Part shown: positions 1 to 10,792 of the stretch, piece after piece
How the letters are laid out: each line of letters begins with the position of its first letter
How positions within the stretch are numbered: position 1 is the first letter of the stretch
Source of the DNA: a virus
Taxonomy: Duplodnaviria; Caudoviricetes
Length of the DNA stretch: 64,000 nucleotides
Reading direction: 5' to 3' (one strand)
IMG/VR virus record: IMGVR_UViG_3300021400_003144
Program-made: the position numbers and the translations under genes
The notes under the pieces: model-generated
What the model was told of the DNA's origin: nothing
What the model saw: only the letters and a program-made list of their open reading frames with translations
Databases searched by the model: none

Positions 1-3000
1 GAAAATGCTAAATCATTAGATGGCAAGTATTGTGGTATATCACCACTTATGCAAGGAGAGTATAAACTGATACAAGATGGTTCTGAAACTTACAATAGTG
101 AAGATCAAAAGTGGTATATCAATGCTATTATTGTAAGGGAGTTAAAATATAAAGGAGACGAAAGCAATTTACCAGTATTTAAGTTCAGTGTTCCTGCTGA
201 TAAAGTTGAAAAGAACTTAAATAATTTTGGTCATGAATATAGTACAGTTAAAGCTATAGTAAGTGTACATAAGTCTGATAATGAAAATGAGGACTATAGC
301 TTAGATGGTTATTTGTCTAAAGTAAGTGATACTGAAGTAGCATTTGTATCAAACATGCAAATTCCTGTTGGAAATTATACAGTAAATGGTGTAAGATGTT
401 TAGGTCTTAATTATGCAAACAGTGCAGATGAACAGAGTTTTAATGTTGAAGCTGGGGTTGATTATACTTTTGAGAATCCAACTGCATTATTTGAAATGAA
501 TCGTTCCATATTGGTTAATGGAAACTTAAATATTAGTGACATTTTTGATACTGGAAATACAGAATCTATAATTATAGCCAGTAATGATGATCCTTTGATA
601 AGCACACATCCATATACTAAGAATATTGAGCTAACTGTTCCTTGGCATAAATTAGGCGGTAACAGTGGTTCAAATATATATATATTTGATAAGACAACAG
701 GTAATTTTTTAACCACATACGGACATGCATCAACAACTGTATACAGCGAGTCAAGAATGCCACTGCTTTGTTTAGGCTATTATGATGGAAGCAGCACAAA
801 TTTTCCTTTAGTTGGGTTTGATAAAGGAAAGTTAACTTTAAAGCTTGGATTTACAGAGCCAGGAGTACATGAGCTTAATTTCTATTGTCATGATTTTGAT
901 AGTGGTAAGATTATATCGGTTAAAGATGTGTCTGTATTTATCACAGAAGATGATATAGAACTCAGTAAAAAGATTGAGTTTTGTACATATAAAACTTTAA
1001 AGTTTATTTTTGATAGGATTCCATTATCTGGTAATGAATTTATAGGTACAGGTAGTACTAATTATGCTTATACTTTTGTACATAATCTGCATAATATGGA
1101 ATGTATAGAGCAAGATGGAACATATATATTTGAAGAACAGATACCTATATTAGGCAAGGTTCAGGGTGACCTAAACTTGGAGCCTGATTACATAGACTAT
1201 AGCTTTACTTTTAATTATACAAGGGCTAAAGGGTTCTATTCAGGTAGTGAGAACCTATATAGAATGGATTGGGAATCCAATTTAGATGATAATGGGGATT
1301 ATATTACTGGAGTTAAGGTAGATGTGCATTGTGATGATGCTGATAAAGCATATATAAGTGTAAATGGTAAGAAAGCAGATACAGTTAATTTTAATGCATC
1401 TGAAATACTAGAAGTAGTTAATACATCATTGTGTGAATCAGAGTTATATGTGTATTCAGCAAGGAAGGCTAGCAGTACTGAGATGTACTCAGAGGTTATA
1501 CCTCATGCAACTACTAATGATGAAACATACGTTGGTAATAGCTATTACAGAGAGAAAAACTATATAGGTTTAAAATATACATTACAGCCTGGTGAAAAGA
1601 TTGATGTACCTATATACATACCTATGCAATATAAGGCTGGAGATACACGTAACATATATGTTAAGTTAAAAAATCAATTTGGTTGGCAAGAGAAAAAGAT
1701 TGAAGTAAGATTTAAAGGAGCTGCAGAAGCAGAATTTAGTCCTTCTAAAATATCATTTGAAGGTAATAGTATAAAGTTAACAGACTGGTTTGATAATAAG
1801 ACAGGCATATCAGTAACTAAGGATGATATTGAATACAGTATTGAGGATGTAGGATATAAGAAAGTATCTGTAGAAGATATAATGTCAGACTATTTATATT
1901 GGTATCCACTTATTGGTGACCTTTTTGATAATCATAATGCAGCTTACTTCAATTATATAAGTGTTTATGGGCTTACTCAAGAGCAGATTGAGCAGAGGTT
2001 ACAGTATCATAATATGGATATTTCATATGAAAAGTTACTGACAATTATAAGTAGTGTAGTAGATCATCCTGACTGGTATACTGACACAGATGCTACAAGA
2101 CATAAGTTAGATAACAAAGAATTTGATTTTGGAACAAATGTAGTAGAGGATATTATTGTAGTAGATGATGATTTAAACATGACTGTTAATCCTAATCTAA
2201 TTTATGCAAATGGGTTAAGCGAGAAGCTAGCTAATGGAGAACTCAAGATAAACATAGGGTTAAAAGGAGATAAGTTTTCAGATTGCATGATAACACTTGG
2301 AGAGATAAAAGTACCTAAGTATACAGACTATAGTGATTTTAGTTTCTCATTAAATAAGAAGTTAACACTTGATTATGGTGAAGCTAACTTGGAAATATCT
2401 AAAGAAGCTCCAGCTGGAAAATATGGAATCTATAACTCAAACAAGGAGTTAATAAAGGAAGTTGAAACTGATGATAATGATATAATATCAACTATTATCA
2501 GTGTTGTTAAACAGCTGGGAGAAACAATTACTTACTATATTAAGCAGTTAGAAATATTTGATGACTCATTGAATGTAGACAATGAATTTAAAGAGTTTAC
2601 AGTAATAGCATCTCCAAGTGAATTAGGTTCTAGTGAATTTACTATGGTAGCAAAGGGATTAGATGAAATTACCTTTAATAATACTTCAAAGCAAACTAAT
2701 CCATCAGATACTAATAGTGAAGAAATTGAGATTGAAGTAGATGATACTATATCTGAAACTGTAGACCTTGATGAAAATAGGACTGATGCAGTTAGAGCTT
2801 TCAACGTGTTAGAGTTTATATATGATAATCATGATGAAGATTATTTTAAACGTTCACTAAAAACATCAGGACTTACAAGCAAATATAAGTATGGCTTTAG
2901 TGAAAATAAGAATCTGTTCTTTGACCTTACTGAGAATGAAGATGATGCTGATTTGACAGACTTAGTGATGTATACAGATAATAAAAATACAGAGATTAGG

Positions 3001-3738
3001 TTTAATGTACCTGATGAAGTACAGGCTGAGCTTATAGATGCTGGTATAGTTGATAATAAACTTACATCAATACATATTAAGTTTAATAATTCAAACTCAG
3101 GTGTAGCAACTGGTTCTGAGATACCTAAGGGTGACTCAGATGATAAGAAGTCAGATGTAGCAACAGGTTCTGAGATACCTAAAGATAGCTCAGATGATAA
3201 AAATACATCTGAAAATACAGACAAGTCTGATGTAGCTAAGAACAATTTAGATGATAAAGGCACATCTGAAAATACAAATAAGTCAAATACTTCTAGTACT
3301 AAGAAAAATAAGAAGTCTGATGATGATAACAAGCCTGCATATGATGGTGACTGGTACACATTAGACAATAAGCTTTTCAATAAGCCTGTGTCAAAAGCAG
3401 GTGGAGCTAAATTCAAAGTTTGGCAATCAAGTCTATATGTAAGAAATGAGACTAGGACATTACCTATACATGGCAGGTCTGGAGAATATAGAACATATCA
3501 TTTTGATAAAGATGGTAAACTGCTATATGGTTGGTTTAAAGACCCTCTTAATCATCAGTGGTATTACTTCGGAGAAGATGGAGCTCAAGTATATGGATGG
3601 CAGTTCATTAATAATAAGTGGTACTACTTTAATAAAGATATGAAATCCATTGACCGTGGTCAGATGCTTAAGAATTGTACAATAAATGGATGTAGACTTA
3701 GTTCAGATGGAGCTTATATTGAAGAAGAGGTAGGCTAA
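1..3738 (+). CDS. Large surface protein (5'-truncated), paralog 1: unique N-terminus + shared constant C-terminal module + cell-wall-binding repeats
   Basis: Frame is open from base 1 (ENAKSLDGKY...) so the true start is upstream. C-terminus (from ~2380, EISKEAPAGKYGIY...FNVLEF...GWFKD..WYYFGEDG..GWQFINNKWYYF) is homologous to ORFs 3867 and 27628 and has CW_binding-type aromatic repeats. Confidence 0.85.
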   Translation, partial: ENAKSLDGKYCGISPLMQGEYKLIQDGSETYNSEDQKWYINAIIVRELKYKGDESNLPVFKFSVPADKVEKNLNNFGHEYSTVKAIVSVHKSDNENEDYSLDGYLSKVSDTEVAFVSNMQIPVGNYTVNGVRCLGLNYANSADEQSFNVEAGVDYTFENPTALFEMNRSILVNGNLNISDIFDTGNTESIIIASNDDPLISTHPYTKNIELTVPWHKLGGNSGSNIYIFDKTTGNFLTTYGHASTTVYSESRMPLLCLGYYDGSSTNFPLVGFDKGKLTLKLGFTEPGVHELNFYCHDFDSGKIISVKDVSVFITEDDIELSKKIEFCTYKTLKFIFDRIPLSGNEFIGTGSTNYAYTFVHNLHNMECIEQDGTYIFEEQIPILGKVQGDLNLEPDYIDYSFTFNYTRAKGFYSGSENLYRMDWESNLDDNGDYITGVKVDVHCDDADKAYISVNGKKADTVNFNASEILEVVNTSLCESELYVYSARKASSTEMYSEVIPHATTNDETYVGNSYYREKNYIGLKYTLQPGEKIDVPIYIPMQYKAGDTRNIYVKLKNQFGWQEKKIEVRFKGAAEAEFSPSKISFEGNSIKLTDWFDNKTGISVTKDDIEYSIEDVGYKKVSVEDIMSDYLYWYPLIGDLFDNHNAAYFNYISVYGLTQEQIEQRLQYHNMDISYEKLLTIISSVVDHPDWYTDTDATRHKLDNKEFDFGTNVVEDIIVVDDDLNMTVNPNLIYANGLSEKLANGELKINIGLKGDKFSDCMITLGEIKVPKYTDYSDFSFSLNKKLTLDYGEANLEISKEAPAGKYGIYNSNKELIKEVETDDNDIISTIISVVKQLGETITYYIKQLEIFDDSLNVDNEFKEFTVIASPSELGSSEFTMVAKGLDEITFNNTSKQTNPSDTNSEEIEIEVDDTISETVDLDENRTDAVRAFNVLEFIYDNHDEDYFKRSLKTSGLTSKYKYGFSENKNLFFDLTENEDDADLTDLVMYTDNKNTEIRFNVPDEVQAELIDAGIVDNKLTSIHIKFNNSNSGVATGSEIPKGDSDDKKSDVATGSEIPKDSSDDKNTSENTDKSDVAKNNLDDKGTSENTNKSNTSSTKKNKKSDDDNKPAYDGDWYTLDNKLFNKPVSKAGGAKFKVWQSSLYVRNETRTLPIHGRSGEYRTYHFDKDGKLLYGWFKDPLNHQWYYFGEDGAQVYGWQFINNKWYYFNKDMKSIDRGQMLKNCTINGCRLSSDGAYIEEEVG

Positions 3739-3767
3739 AACATAAACTAAAAGCACATAATTATTGA

Positions 3768-3803
3768 TTACACCTCTACAGACTTAGATATGTAGAGGTG
3801 TAA
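3768..3803 (+). terminator. Inverted repeat, probable terminator
   Basis: ttacacctctaca-loop-tgtagaggtgtaa directly after the stop codon. Confidence 0.65.
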
Positions 3804-3866
3804 ATTTATGAGAAAATATACAGATTATAAAATTTAAGCTATAATATTTTGGAGGGATTTTAAGAT

Positions 3867-6800
3867 ATGAATATTATATGCAAACTGAAAAAACTAATAA
3901 TTAGTTTAGTAGCTATGCTATTCATTTGTGGTTTCACTTCATTTGCATCAGAAGCTACTTTTATTGGGAGTCCAACTGTTGGTAAATCTTGTAGATTTAA
4001 TGATTTAATAAATAGTATTAGAAGTAGGTCTTATGTAACTGAGATTAAATGGAGTGATACAGCACCAGATAGTGGAGTAACAACAGTAAATGTAGGTGAT
4101 AATAGTGGTGAAAGCATATTAGCATGGGCAGATGAAAATACTATTTACTTATATACTGAAGCAGATAAAGTATATATGCCAAAGGATAGTACTGCATTTT
4201 TACGTAAATTTACTAAGTTAACTAATTTAGATTTTCTTACAAATGTAGATACATCAAAAGTAACTGACTTGGATTATGCATTTAGTGATATGAATAGTAT
4301 TACTAGTTTAGATGGACTTTCAAATTGGAATATTCCTAAAGTAACAAGCTTATACAGTACTTTTAGTAATATGACATCTGTAACAAGTCTAAACGGAATT
4401 TCTACTTGGAATACATCTAATATAGAAGCATTATCATTTACTTTTAAGGGAATGTCATCTGTAACAAGTTTAGATGGGATTTCAAATTGGGATACTTCTA
4501 AAGTAACAAGGTTATACTGTACTTTTGAGGGAATGTCATCTGTAACAAATTTAGATGGGATTTCAAATTGGAATACTTCTAATGTAACAACTTTATATAA
4601 CGCTTTTAAGGGAATGTCATCTGTAACAAGCTTAGATAGTCTTTCTAATTGGGATACTTCTAATGTCACTGACCTTGAGAGTACTTTTGAAAATATGTCA
4701 TCTGTAACAAGTTTAGATGGGATTTCAAATTGGGATACTTCTAAAGTGACAACACTCGCACATACTTTTTATGGCATGTCATCTGTAACAAATTTAGACG
4801 GAATTTCAAATTGGAATACTTCTAATGTAACAGTACTCAGCTATACTTTCTATAAGATGTCTAAAGTGGATAATATAGATAGCTTATCAGGTTGGGATAC
4901 ATCTAAAGTTACATACCTAGTTTCAACCTTTGGCAGAATGACTACAGTACATAATTTAGATGGAATTTCAAATTGGAATACTTCTAATGTAACAACACTC
5001 AGCGGTACTTTTGAGAAAATGTCATCTGTAACAAGTTTAGATGGGATTTCAAATTGGGATACTTCTAAAGTAACAAATCTTGTATGTACTTTTGAGGAAA
5101 TGTCATCTGTAACAAGTTTAGATGGAATTTCAAATTGGAATACTTCTAATGTAACAACACTCAGAGGTACTTTTGAGGAAATGTCATCTGTAACAAGTTT
5201 AGATGGGATTTCAAATTGGGATACTTCTAAAGTAACAAATCTTGTAGATACTTTTTATGGAATATCTGTTACAAATTTAGATGGACTTTCAAATTGGAAT
5301 GTATCTAATGTGACAACACTTGATTATACTTTTAGAGATATGCACTCTGTTACAAATTTAGATGGACTTTCAAATTGGAATGTATCTAATGTGACAACAC
5401 TTTTATATACTTTTGAGAATATGAAATCTGTTACAAATTTAGCTGGACTTTCAAATTGGAATACTTCTAATGTAACAAGACTAGAAGGCACTTTTAAAGG
5501 TATGTCATCTGTAATAAGCTTAGATGGACTTTCAAATTGGAATACATCTAATACAACAAATATTTTATATGCCTTTGAATATATGACATCTGTAACAAGC
5601 TTAGATGGAATTTCAAATTGGGATGTATCAAATGTAATTAAAACTAGTGGCTGTTTCAAAGATATGAAAAAATTAAAGAATACTGATGGAATACAGAACT
5701 GGGATCTAACTAAGATAACTATTACATCTTCTGGTATGTTTTCTGGAGATACAGCTATAGAGGAATTAAATTTAGCTTCCTTAAATAAATCTTATGCTGC
5801 TAATGACCCATTTGCTGTAAGTAATACAAACCCAAGTCCAGCTAATATTAAGACTTTTGTACCTCCTACAAAATTAGTAGTAACTAAAGATATATTCAAT
5901 AATAAAATATTGAATAGTATTTCTAATTCAGCTATATGGATTGTAGAGGGCAGTCCAGATACAGTATATACAAAGGCAGAGATATACAATTTATATAAGG
6001 ATAATGTACAGTCTAATATAGATAATGGAACAAATAATATAATTAAATTTATAAAGTGTCATTCAATCACATATAATTACAGTGGTGGTACTAAAGTTGA
6101 TACTAATAATAAGTATCCTACCACATATACTGAAGATAGTGTGATAAAGGTCAGTGATATAGGGACAGTTTCTAAAGAAGGATACACATTCATAGGATGG
6201 TCTGTAAATGGTAGTACTGAAATTAAATCTAATCCGGATGATATACTGATTAATGGTGGAACAACTAATGTTACATTAAAGGCTAATTTTGTACAGTGTC
6301 CTTCAATCACCTATAATTACAATGGAGGTTTAAAAACAGACAGTGATAGCAATTATCCTGCATATTATGTTCCTGGTTCTACAATAACAGTAAGCGACAT
6401 AGGCGGTGTATCAAAATCTGGATATGCATTTGGCGGATGGTTAGTAACTCCTGGAAATGGAAAAGCTAAGGTTAAAGACACTGATGTTATAATTGATTCA
6501 ACTACAACTGGTGATGTTACACTAAAAGCCACTTGGAAAATAGCTGAAGCAACCTTATCAGGTTCATTTACAACTAAGCTAAATAAGCTTTTTGCATCAA
6601 TTAAAAAGATAGAATATATTAGGTGGAGTGATATAGCTCCTGACACTAGTATAACTACTGTTAATGTAGATAGTGGTAATAAAGGGTATATAAAAGCTTG
6701 GGCATCTGGAAATACAGTCTATTTGTATAGCGAGGCAGCTAAAGTATACTTACCAGACAGCTGTTATCAGTTATTTTCTGGATTGTACGGATTAAAAGAT

Positions 6801-9611
6801 ATAAAGTTTATTAAGGATGTAGATGCTTCAAGAGTAAATACTTTACATGAAACATTTAGTGGTTTGAAAAATGTTGAAAGTCTTGAACCTATTAGAAATT
6901 GGAATGTATCAAATGTAACAAACATGCGTAATACATTCAGGGGTATGCAAAGTGTAACTACTTTGGAACCATTAGCAAACTGGGATGTGTCAAATGTAAC
7001 AATTTTATATGGTACATTTGACGGTATGTCAGGTCTTACAAGTATAGATGCAATCAAAAATTGGGATACATCTAAAGCTATTGATATAGAACTGCTATTC
7101 AGAGACGTATCTAATGTTAAGAGTCTTGAGCCTCTTAGAAACTGGGATGTGTCAAATGTGACGAGCATAGAGTATATATTCAATAATATGCAAAGTGTTA
7201 CTAGCCTTGAACCAATAAAGGATTGGGATATATCTAATGTAACTAAACTTGATGGGGCATTTAGAGGAATGACAAGCATAACAAGCTTAGAGCCAATTAG
7301 AAATTGGAATGTGTCAAATGTTACAAGTATGTATAGCACATTTGATTCAATGACAAATGTAACAAGTCTAGAACCAATAAGAAATTGGGATATATCAAGC
7401 GTTGTTGATTTGCATCAAGCATTTAGAAGGATGAGAAGCATAACAAGCTTAGCACCAATTAGTAACTGGGATGTATCCAATGTTATTTATTTAGAAAGCA
7501 CATTTGAAGGAATGACAGGAGTTACAGATTTAGAACCTCTTAGCAATTGGAATACTTCAAATGTAACTAAATTAGCTAAGACATTTTGGGGAATGACTAA
7601 TGTTAAAAGTCTTGATGGACTTGAAGATTGGGATGTATCTAAGGTGGTAAATTTGAGCAATACATTTGAATATATGGATAATCTATTAAGCACTGATGCT
7701 ATTGAGAATTGGAATTTAAGTACTTTTAATTATGCAGATTCTTATTATTCAGCTTATGGATTATTTGCAAGTGACTCAAAGATAAGGAATCTAAACTTAG
7801 TAAGTACAGGCAGATTATTTACTAAAAATACATTTGGTGGTGTTGAAAAATCTCCAGCAAATGTAGTAACTATTACACTTCCAGCCACATATTTAATAGA
7901 TGAATCATTATTCTATGATAACATACTTAATAATGTAGGTTCTGATACTAAGTGGGTTGTAGACGGAGACAATACTGATAATACTTATACAAAGGCAGAT
8001 ATATATGCACGTTATCAAGACAATGTACAGAGTAACATAGATAATAATACAAATAACACAATAAAATTTATATTGTTATCAAGTATAAGTGCTGATGTAG
8101 ATATATCAAAAGAAGTTCCCGCAGGTACCTATGGTATTTATGATGAGGACAAGAACCTTATAGCAGAGTTAGAGTCAAATGATGATAATATCATCACAAC
8201 AATAATTAATGTAGTGAAGAATATAAAAGATACTTTCATTTACTACATTAAGCAGTTAACTATAACTGATGAAGATTATAATGTAGATGGAGATTATCAT
8301 CAATTTAAGATTGTAGCTACACCTAGTGAGTTAGATGATACTTTAGACACTGAAGTTGTAGGCTTAGAAGATATAAAGTTTAATAATACACGTAAAGTAC
8401 CAATACCTTCACAGTTAGATGAGGAAACTATTGAAATTGAGGTAGATGACATTATAGATGAAGCAGTAGACTTAGATGATAATATGTCAGATACAGCAAG
8501 GACCTTCAATGTTCTAGAATATGTTTATGAGAATCACGATGAAGATTACTTTAAACGTTCCTTAAAGACTAAGGGTGCCAAGAGCATGTATAAGTACACC
8601 TTTGATGATACTAAGAACCTTCATATAGACCTTGAAGAAAATGAGGACGACAGTGACTATTATGACTTAAGCATGTACACAGACAATAATACAGATGAAA
8701 TTAATTTCAATATTCCTGATGAAGTTCAAGAAGAATTGATTGATGCTGGAATTACTGATGTTAAGCTTACCAAGATAAATATTAAGTTTAATAGTAGTGT
8801 AGCTACAGGCTCTGAAATTCCTAAGGATAACAATGATGATAGTAAAGGTAACACTGGTAAGGCAACACCATCAGAGTTAGATAAGGACACTGATGATAAC
8901 ACTGATAGTGGTAAAGCTACACCATCAGAATTAGATAAGAACACAGATAATAATACTGGTGACACTGGTAATACTGGTAATACTGGAGATACTGGTAATA
9001 CAGACAATAAGTCTGGTAGTTCTGATAACAATTCTAATGTTTCAGATAATAACACTGGTAGTAACGATGATAAGTCAAATAGTTCTGATAACAAGTCTAA
9101 TAAAAAGAATAAGAAGGACAGTGATGAGGATACTGATAACAGACCAGCTTATGATGGAGATTGGATTGACTTAAATGGTAAGAATAAGAATGCTCCTATG
9201 AGTAAAGCTGGTGGTGCAAGGTTTAAGATTTGGAAAACATCATTATATATCAGAGATGAAAGAAGAACACTTCCTGTACATGGACGTTCAGGTATCTATA
9301 GGACTTATCAGTTTGATAAAGATGGAAATCTAGTATATGGATGGGCTAAAGACCCTAAGACACATAAATGGCATTACTTTAATGAAGAAGGTGCTGAGGT
9401 ATACGGATGGAATATCATAGATGGTAAGTGGTATTTCTTTGATAATGACATGAGTAGCACTTCAAGAGGAGAGATGCTAAGTAATTGTTACATAAAGAAT
9501 TGTCACTTAGGACTAGATGGAGCTTTAATAAAGGAAGAAACACCATCAGAAATAACTAAAAATGCACCATTATCTGAGATATTAAAAGTAGCTTTAGATA
9601 AGGCAGAGTAA
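3867..9611 (+). CDS. Secreted DUF285/BspA-like LRR surface protein, paralog 2: two LRR arrays, two InlB B-repeat-like (Flg_new) domains, shared C-terminal module, cell-wall-binding repeats
   Basis: GGAGG RBS; signal peptide (KKLIISLVAMLFICGFTSFA-SE); 26-aa repeats W(N/D)TS(N/K)VTxLxxTFxxMSSVTSLDGISN; ITYNYxGG...GYxFxGW...VTLKAxW/F domains; C-terminal WYFF repeats. Confidence 0.9.
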   Translation: MNIICKLKKLIISLVAMLFICGFTSFASEATFIGSPTVGKSCRFNDLINSIRSRSYVTEIKWSDTAPDSGVTTVNVGDNSGESILAWADENTIYLYTEADKVYMPKDSTAFLRKFTKLTNLDFLTNVDTSKVTDLDYAFSDMNSITSLDGLSNWNIPKVTSLYSTFSNMTSVTSLNGISTWNTSNIEALSFTFKGMSSVTSLDGISNWDTSKVTRLYCTFEGMSSVTNLDGISNWNTSNVTTLYNAFKGMSSVTSLDSLSNWDTSNVTDLESTFENMSSVTSLDGISNWDTSKVTTLAHTFYGMSSVTNLDGISNWNTSNVTVLSYTFYKMSKVDNIDSLSGWDTSKVTYLVSTFGRMTTVHNLDGISNWNTSNVTTLSGTFEKMSSVTSLDGISNWDTSKVTNLVCTFEEMSSVTSLDGISNWNTSNVTTLRGTFEEMSSVTSLDGISNWDTSKVTNLVDTFYGISVTNLDGLSNWNVSNVTTLDYTFRDMHSVTNLDGLSNWNVSNVTTLLYTFENMKSVTNLAGLSNWNTSNVTRLEGTFKGMSSVISLDGLSNWNTSNTTNILYAFEYMTSVTSLDGISNWDVSNVIKTSGCFKDMKKLKNTDGIQNWDLTKITITSSGMFSGDTAIEELNLASLNKSYAANDPFAVSNTNPSPANIKTFVPPTKLVVTKDIFNNKILNSISNSAIWIVEGSPDTVYTKAEIYNLYKDNVQSNIDNGTNNIIKFIKCHSITYNYSGGTKVDTNNKYPTTYTEDSVIKVSDIGTVSKEGYTFIGWSVNGSTEIKSNPDDILINGGTTNVTLKANFVQCPSITYNYNGGLKTDSDSNYPAYYVPGSTITVSDIGGVSKSGYAFGGWLVTPGNGKAKVKDTDVIIDSTTTGDVTLKATWKIAEATLSGSFTTKLNKLFASIKKIEYIRWSDIAPDTSITTVNVDSGNKGYIKAWASGNTVYLYSEAAKVYLPDSCYQLFSGLYGLKDIKFIKDVDASRVNTLHETFSGLKNVESLEPIRNWNVSNVTNMRNTFRGMQSVTTLEPLANWDVSNVTILYGTFDGMSGLTSIDAIKNWDTSKAIDIELLFRDVSNVKSLEPLRNWDVSNVTSIEYIFNNMQSVTSLEPIKDWDISNVTKLDGAFRGMTSITSLEPIRNWNVSNVTSMYSTFDSMTNVTSLEPIRNWDISSVVDLHQAFRRMRSITSLAPISNWDVSNVIYLESTFEGMTGVTDLEPLSNWNTSNVTKLAKTFWGMTNVKSLDGLEDWDVSKVVNLSNTFEYMDNLLSTDAIENWNLSTFNYADSYYSAYGLFASDSKIRNLNLVSTGRLFTKNTFGGVEKSPANVVTITLPATYLIDESLFYDNILNNVGSDTKWVVDGDNTDNTYTKADIYARYQDNVQSNIDNNTNNTIKFILLSSISADVDISKEVPAGTYGIYDEDKNLIAELESNDDNIITTIINVVKNIKDTFIYYIKQLTITDEDYNVDGDYHQFKIVATPSELDDTLDTEVVGLEDIKFNNTRKVPIPSQLDEETIEIEVDDIIDEAVDLDDNMSDTARTFNVLEYVYENHDEDYFKRSLKTKGAKSMYKYTFDDTKNLHIDLEENEDDSDYYDLSMYTDNNTDEINFNIPDEVQEELIDAGITDVKLTKINIKFNSSVATGSEIPKDNNDDSKGNTGKATPSELDKDTDDNTDSGKATPSELDKNTDNNTGDTGNTGNTGDTGNTDNKSGSSDNNSNVSDNNTGSNDDKSNSSDNKSNKKNKKDSDEDTDNRPAYDGDWIDLNGKNKNAPMSKAGGARFKIWKTSLYIRDERRTLPVHGRSGIYRTYQFDKDGNLVYGWAKDPKTHKWHYFNEEGAEVYGWNIIDGKWYFFDNDMSSTSRGEMLSNCYIKNCHLGLDGALIKEETPSEITKNAPLSEILKVALDKAE
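4240..5720 (+). repeat. Intragenic 78-bp tandem repeat array 1 (~18-19 LRR units)
   Basis: Recurrent atgtcatctgtaacaagtttagatgggatttcaaattgg(g/a)atacttctaa at 78-bp period. Confidence 0.9.
6815..7725 (+). repeat. Intragenic 78-bp tandem repeat array 2 (~11-12 LRR units)
   Basis: Repeating SLEPIRNW(N/D)VSNVT-type units. Confidence 0.85.
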
Positions 9612-9653
9612 TTAAAATTTCATAAGTGTATAACAAATGATGCAGGTTTAATA

Positions 9654-9701
9654 AAAAGTGCTAGTATTTAAGCTAAAGAAGCTTAGTACTGGCACTTTTT
9701 T
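9654..9701 (+). terminator. Intrinsic terminator
   Basis: aaaagtgctagta...tactggcactttttt. Confidence 0.75.
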
Positions 9702-9763
9702 AATTCAAATAATCTAAAGTATGTTTAAGTTATATAAAAGAGTTAAAGTGAGGTAGTGAGGTT

Positions 9764-10630
9764 ATGCAGGCTAAATGTATAGGTAGGGCTAAGGATAGCA
9801 AGGGATTGACAATATATAAATTAATAGATGTAAATGGTAATACAGCTATTAAATCATATGAATGGGTGCATAAGCAACTAGATGACAGAGATAATGGTAG
9901 ATTAGGCTCTTTAGGTATAGATATAATTAATTTAAAGCTTAGTAGTGATGGCAAGATTCTGGAGAAAAAGAATACAGATACAGCATACAATGATGTACTA
10001 AATAAAGTGTTGCGAAGTAAGCTTGAAATTACCTTAGGTGATGCTTTTAATTTAGCAGCTAGGCTTGATGTATGCTATTGCATGACGGATTTAATAAACA
10101 GAAAGTACAATGAAAATCTTGAGGATATAATAGAGGATGAATTTGACTGTGCATACAATGATGGACAAGAACAGTTTAATTACTTTAATGAACTAAGTAA
10201 AAAGTCTGAAAATAAAGGATTGTTACAAGCACTTTTATATAAAGCAATTATGAAGTACAGGAATAAAGTAGTTAATACTATATTATATAGAGGAATGACT
10301 GTTGAAAATTCAGAGAGACTTGGAATAACTATAGATAAGCTTGATAATAAGGTAGTCAGTTTTGGTAATCATGTTTCTTTTGTTGAGGATAAAGCAGAAG
10401 CTATTAGATACATAACAGGTGAGCTAGGATTCATTTCTGAAGGTTCTGATGTAGCATTGGTTAGATTAAATACATCAAAGTGCAGAGTGCCAGTCTATGG
10501 AGTAAAGTTTGGTGCAGAGTGTGAAACTTTACTAATAAATAAAGATATACAGATGGGATTCAAACTAGTAGGTAAGAGGCAGCATGGAGGAAAGAATGTC
10601 TATTTTTATGATTGTTATGAGTTAAGATGA
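9764..10630 (+). CDS. Putative ADP-ribosyltransferase-like protein (R-S-E type) with an N-terminal module shared with ORF 58216
   Basis: ILYRGM ... HVSFVEDKAEAIRY ... GAECETLL matches the order of the R, S-x-(S) and ExE motifs. Confidence 0.6.
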   Translation: MQAKCIGRAKDSKGLTIYKLIDVNGNTAIKSYEWVHKQLDDRDNGRLGSLGIDIINLKLSSDGKILEKKNTDTAYNDVLNKVLRSKLEITLGDAFNLAARLDVCYCMTDLINRKYNENLEDIIEDEFDCAYNDGQEQFNYFNELSKKSENKGLLQALLYKAIMKYRNKVVNTILYRGMTVENSERLGITIDKLDNKVVSFGNHVSFVEDKAEAIRYITGELGFISEGSDVALVRLNTSKCRVPVYGVKFGAECETLLINKDIQMGFKLVGKRQHGGKNVYFYDCYELR

Positions 10631-10687
10631 GCAGAGAAAGATAGAGGTTTGTCTAAAAGAATTATTAGTAGGAATATAATTTAAGGA

Positions 10688-10725
10688 ATGGTAGTAAGTT
10701 TAATGCTAGACTTACTACCATTTTT
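10688..10725 (+). terminator. Intrinsic terminator
   Basis: atggtagtaagt...acttactaccattttt. Confidence 0.8.
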
Positions 10726-10792
10726 GTATATAGACTATAATATAATTATAGATATAAAATGGTTATATTAATTTGTTCTTGTGGAGGTCATT

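Noticed and set aside
4240-7725. Diversity-generating retroelement acting on the LRR repeats
   Set aside because: No reverse transcriptase or non-coding template repeat in the window, and differences are not confined to adenines.
8945-9070. Short ggtaatact/ggtgacact tandem repeats as a non-coding array
   Set aside because: They encode the TGNTGD low-complexity linker inside ORF 3867.
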